Both the position numbers and the translations under genes were made by a program. The notes under the pieces were generated by a model, which was not told where the DNA came from, did not search any database, and saw nothing but the letters and a program-made list of their open reading frames with translations. This document shows positions 60,293 to 64,000 of a DNA stretch of 64,000 nt, one piece after another (position 1 is the stretch's first letter; each line of letters begins with the position of its first letter). This DNA is from the human T2T-CHM13v2.0 reference genome, Homo sapiens: assembly GCF_009914755.1 (NCBI RefSeq), contig NC_060937.1; one strand, given 5' to 3'.

Positions 60293-60964
60293 ATAGGATC
60301 TTATAAACCATGGTAAGGACTTTAGGTTTTATTCTGAGTGGGATGGATAAGTATTGGAGAGTTCTGAGCATAGAAAGTATAAGATGAAATAAACATTTTT
60401 TAAGGATTTTTCTAACTACTGTGTGGCAACAGACTATACATGGCAAAACGTGAAACAAGGAGGTCAGTTAGAAGACTACTGCATTGTCTGGTCAAGAGTT
60501 GTTGGTAGCCTGGCATAAGATGCAGTGATGGAAAACATTAGATGTCCTCAATATGAAAATAAATTTTCAATGTACAGCAGACAGGAGGCTGGTAGTTTAG
60601 ATATAAGAATGAAAAAAGTAAACTGTGAAGATGATGTCCAGGTTTTTGTTCTCAGCAAGTAAATGAATACTGTCTACTGATCACTGTGACCTTGAAAAGA
60701 CCCGTTTTAGTGGTGGATTAGGGATAAGCCTGATCACAAATTCAAGAAGAAAAGCAAGAAGAATGGACAACTCTTAGGAGATTTTCTGTAAAGGGGAAAA
60801 AAGAACTGGGGCAGTGGCTAGAGGGAATCCTGGGGTATAATTTGGGGGGAGTGGGAAAAAAATATATATATATGGTAATGTTTGCATGCTGATGAGAATG
60901 ACCAAGAAAAGGAAACAAAACTGATGACGCAGGGAGGTAGGTACAGGCTCAGAAAAACAAACAA

Positions 60965-61400
<436 letters not shown>

Positions 61401-62339
61401 TCAGATCTGATGATTAGAAAGTGAGGTATGGCAGTTCTATTCTGATTACATCAACATTCTCAGTGAAAAAAGCAGCCATATAATCAACTAAAAGTGAGAA
61501 CACCGAGCTGAAGGTAGGAAATTGTTTTCAGGAAGTAAAGAATTGCAATAAAAATGGTCATGTGGTAGGATATCGGAGCACTGTTAAGGGCTTGCTTATT
61601 AACTGTGGTCATTCAAAAAACACTAGTCAGTGTAGCAGCTACCTGCTTCCTCCCAGATGCATGCTGTGCTGAGGTGCAGATGCAGAGGAGGGGGCAATTT
61701 AGTTTAACCAAGGGCAGGGTTTATATGAACGATGAGGCAAACAAACTGATGGTATGTGTGAGAGTGAAGATCTGAGGGTGTTAAGTATATAAGGAGAGAA
61801 GTAAGGGCATGGCAGGAACAGGGAGGTGAGGAACATGAAACATGTAAAGTCAATGGGTCAGAATTGCCAATGGGATTGCAAAATTCTTAAAGTGAGGGCA
61901 CTAAGTAAATAGGAAAGATAGACAGTGCACAGGAAAGGAAGTCTGTAAATCATATTTAGAAGTGGTATTTTACTGTCCCAGGTGACTGAGATTGGGTGAA
62001 AAAACAAAGTTCACTAGGAGTGATAAAGTCAAGTAAATGAGAAAGTGGGATGTTGGACAGATCACATATGTGAATAATGAAATCATTAGGGATGATGGAG
62101 GTGGTAGTAGCATAAGGAAAAGCAATCAACTAGGTAGCCCAGTCTTCAAGGTATAAGAAGTCTGTCATACATGCCAGCATCTCTGTGTGATGCCATCTTC
62201 TCCACTAGAATACACCCTACAGGGCAGTGTCTGCATCTGCCTAATTCATCACTGTAACACCAATTCTTTGCAAAGTGAATGGCTTTCAGTGAATGAATGA
62301 AGTTATAATAAAATGGAAGGTATACATAGACTAAGGTTA

Positions 62340-62681
<342 letters not shown>

Positions 62682-64000
62682 CTATTTTTCAACACAATTA
62701 ACTACCTTTTATTATATTACTATCCAAACACAGGTATAGAAAAAAAGGAAATTGAGGGGGAAAATATTATATTACAAGAATAATCAGAAATACTCCTTTT
62801 AAGAACAGCTCTTGTATTTCATTTTACATAACTTCAAAGGAAGAGGGAAGTACGGGGAGGAAGGAAAGGATACTCACGGCTGCATATCTTTAAGTCCATT
62901 AGCCATGAAGATGAAAATACTTAGAAAGCCTTATCCCCTGTGGTATCAAAACATATTAGTGAGATAAGGATGTCTGCCTGACATCACAAAAATTAGAAGG
63001 ATATTTATCCAACATAATTTTTAAATCTTTTTAAATCCTTTAGCAAATTTTATTCTAAAATACCAAATGCAGCATAGAAAGAAAAGTACATAGATTCCTC
63101 TTATCATATTCTTTATTAAATGTATTCTAAGGTACAAAAAGTAATATACCCTTTCCCATACCATTTCTGTTCGTCTAAAACTAAATGCTCTTTCTTTTGC
63201 TAGGTAACTATTACAGGTAATAGTAACCCTCCCCTTTGACCTGTCTTGAAAAGATTACTTTGCCCCTACCTAAATGACTACATTTCATCTCAGTTCAGGT
63301 GTAACACTTATTCAGTGTATGTTCACTCACTATTCTATCTCATTGTTTGCTTTATTCAATGTATAAGAATACATTGAATTTCTAGTTACCAGTTGATTTT
63401 TGAAATAACTGAATGGTTTTTATACAACCATAAAGAATCTACCATTTATTAATGACCAGATTTTTAAAATAATAAATGTAAAAAAAAACTAAATCTGATA
63501 TATCTACACACTCTGAAAGAAGATGATACAGCATAATGCCAATATCAATCAGGACAATGACCTTCTTTATCTGCCTAATGAAGTATCTAACATATGGTAG
63601 TTGCTTAAAGCAAAAGTTTGCCTAGAATACCTGTGATATCAAAGGAGTCAGAAATTATATTCTTAAACACTACTCCAATCACTGTAGACTGTTTTCCAAC
63701 TCACTAAATGATACCTTATTTCTCCCAGATAGTAGCCTATACCAAAATTCCCCATGCAACATCTTCAACTGCTGGTGATAGCTTAATCTTTAAATCACAC
63801 TTAAACCTGTAGAGAAAACCAGTATTTTTTTTAACATGAAGGCCCATAATATATAGCCTCTAGAGATTAAAATATTAAGATATCAGAGAACTGTAAGAAT
63901 AGTTTGAACTTTAATTTTTAAGTGAAGTTAGTTACTAGATTCTAGATCCTTCTCCATAACATTTACTTTGTAATTTTAAGCAAGTAAATTACAGAAAACA

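Overview
Human (or near-identical great-ape) genomic DNA, AT-rich and dense in Alu, L1, L2 and LTR repeats. The window lies inside DIAPH3 (diaphanous-related formin 3 / mDia2) on the minus strand. I reconstructed eight consecutive coding exons by hand (probably exons 5-12, 866 nt). They splice in one frame with no stop and encode the C-terminal GBD and the FH3/DID region. The intron at 768-1560 is a minor-spliceosome (U12) AT-AC intron. Intron 7 contains a repeat-poor segment with a perfect minus-strand donor, which fits an internal first exon for the short isoform starting at MSEERS and probably overlaps the 5' end of an antisense lncRNA. Other items: a full-length 7SL retrocopy with TSDs, a two-LTR MST MaLR provirus, an LTR40-flanked env remnant, a near-perfect 139-bp x3 tandem repeat, and a templated inverted insertion in an Alu. 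Almost all supplied ORFs are spurious. I found no clearly new biological system. The best leads are RNA-processing hypotheses. Repeat family names and exon numbers come from recalled consensus sequences and annotation, and old-repeat boundaries are approximate.
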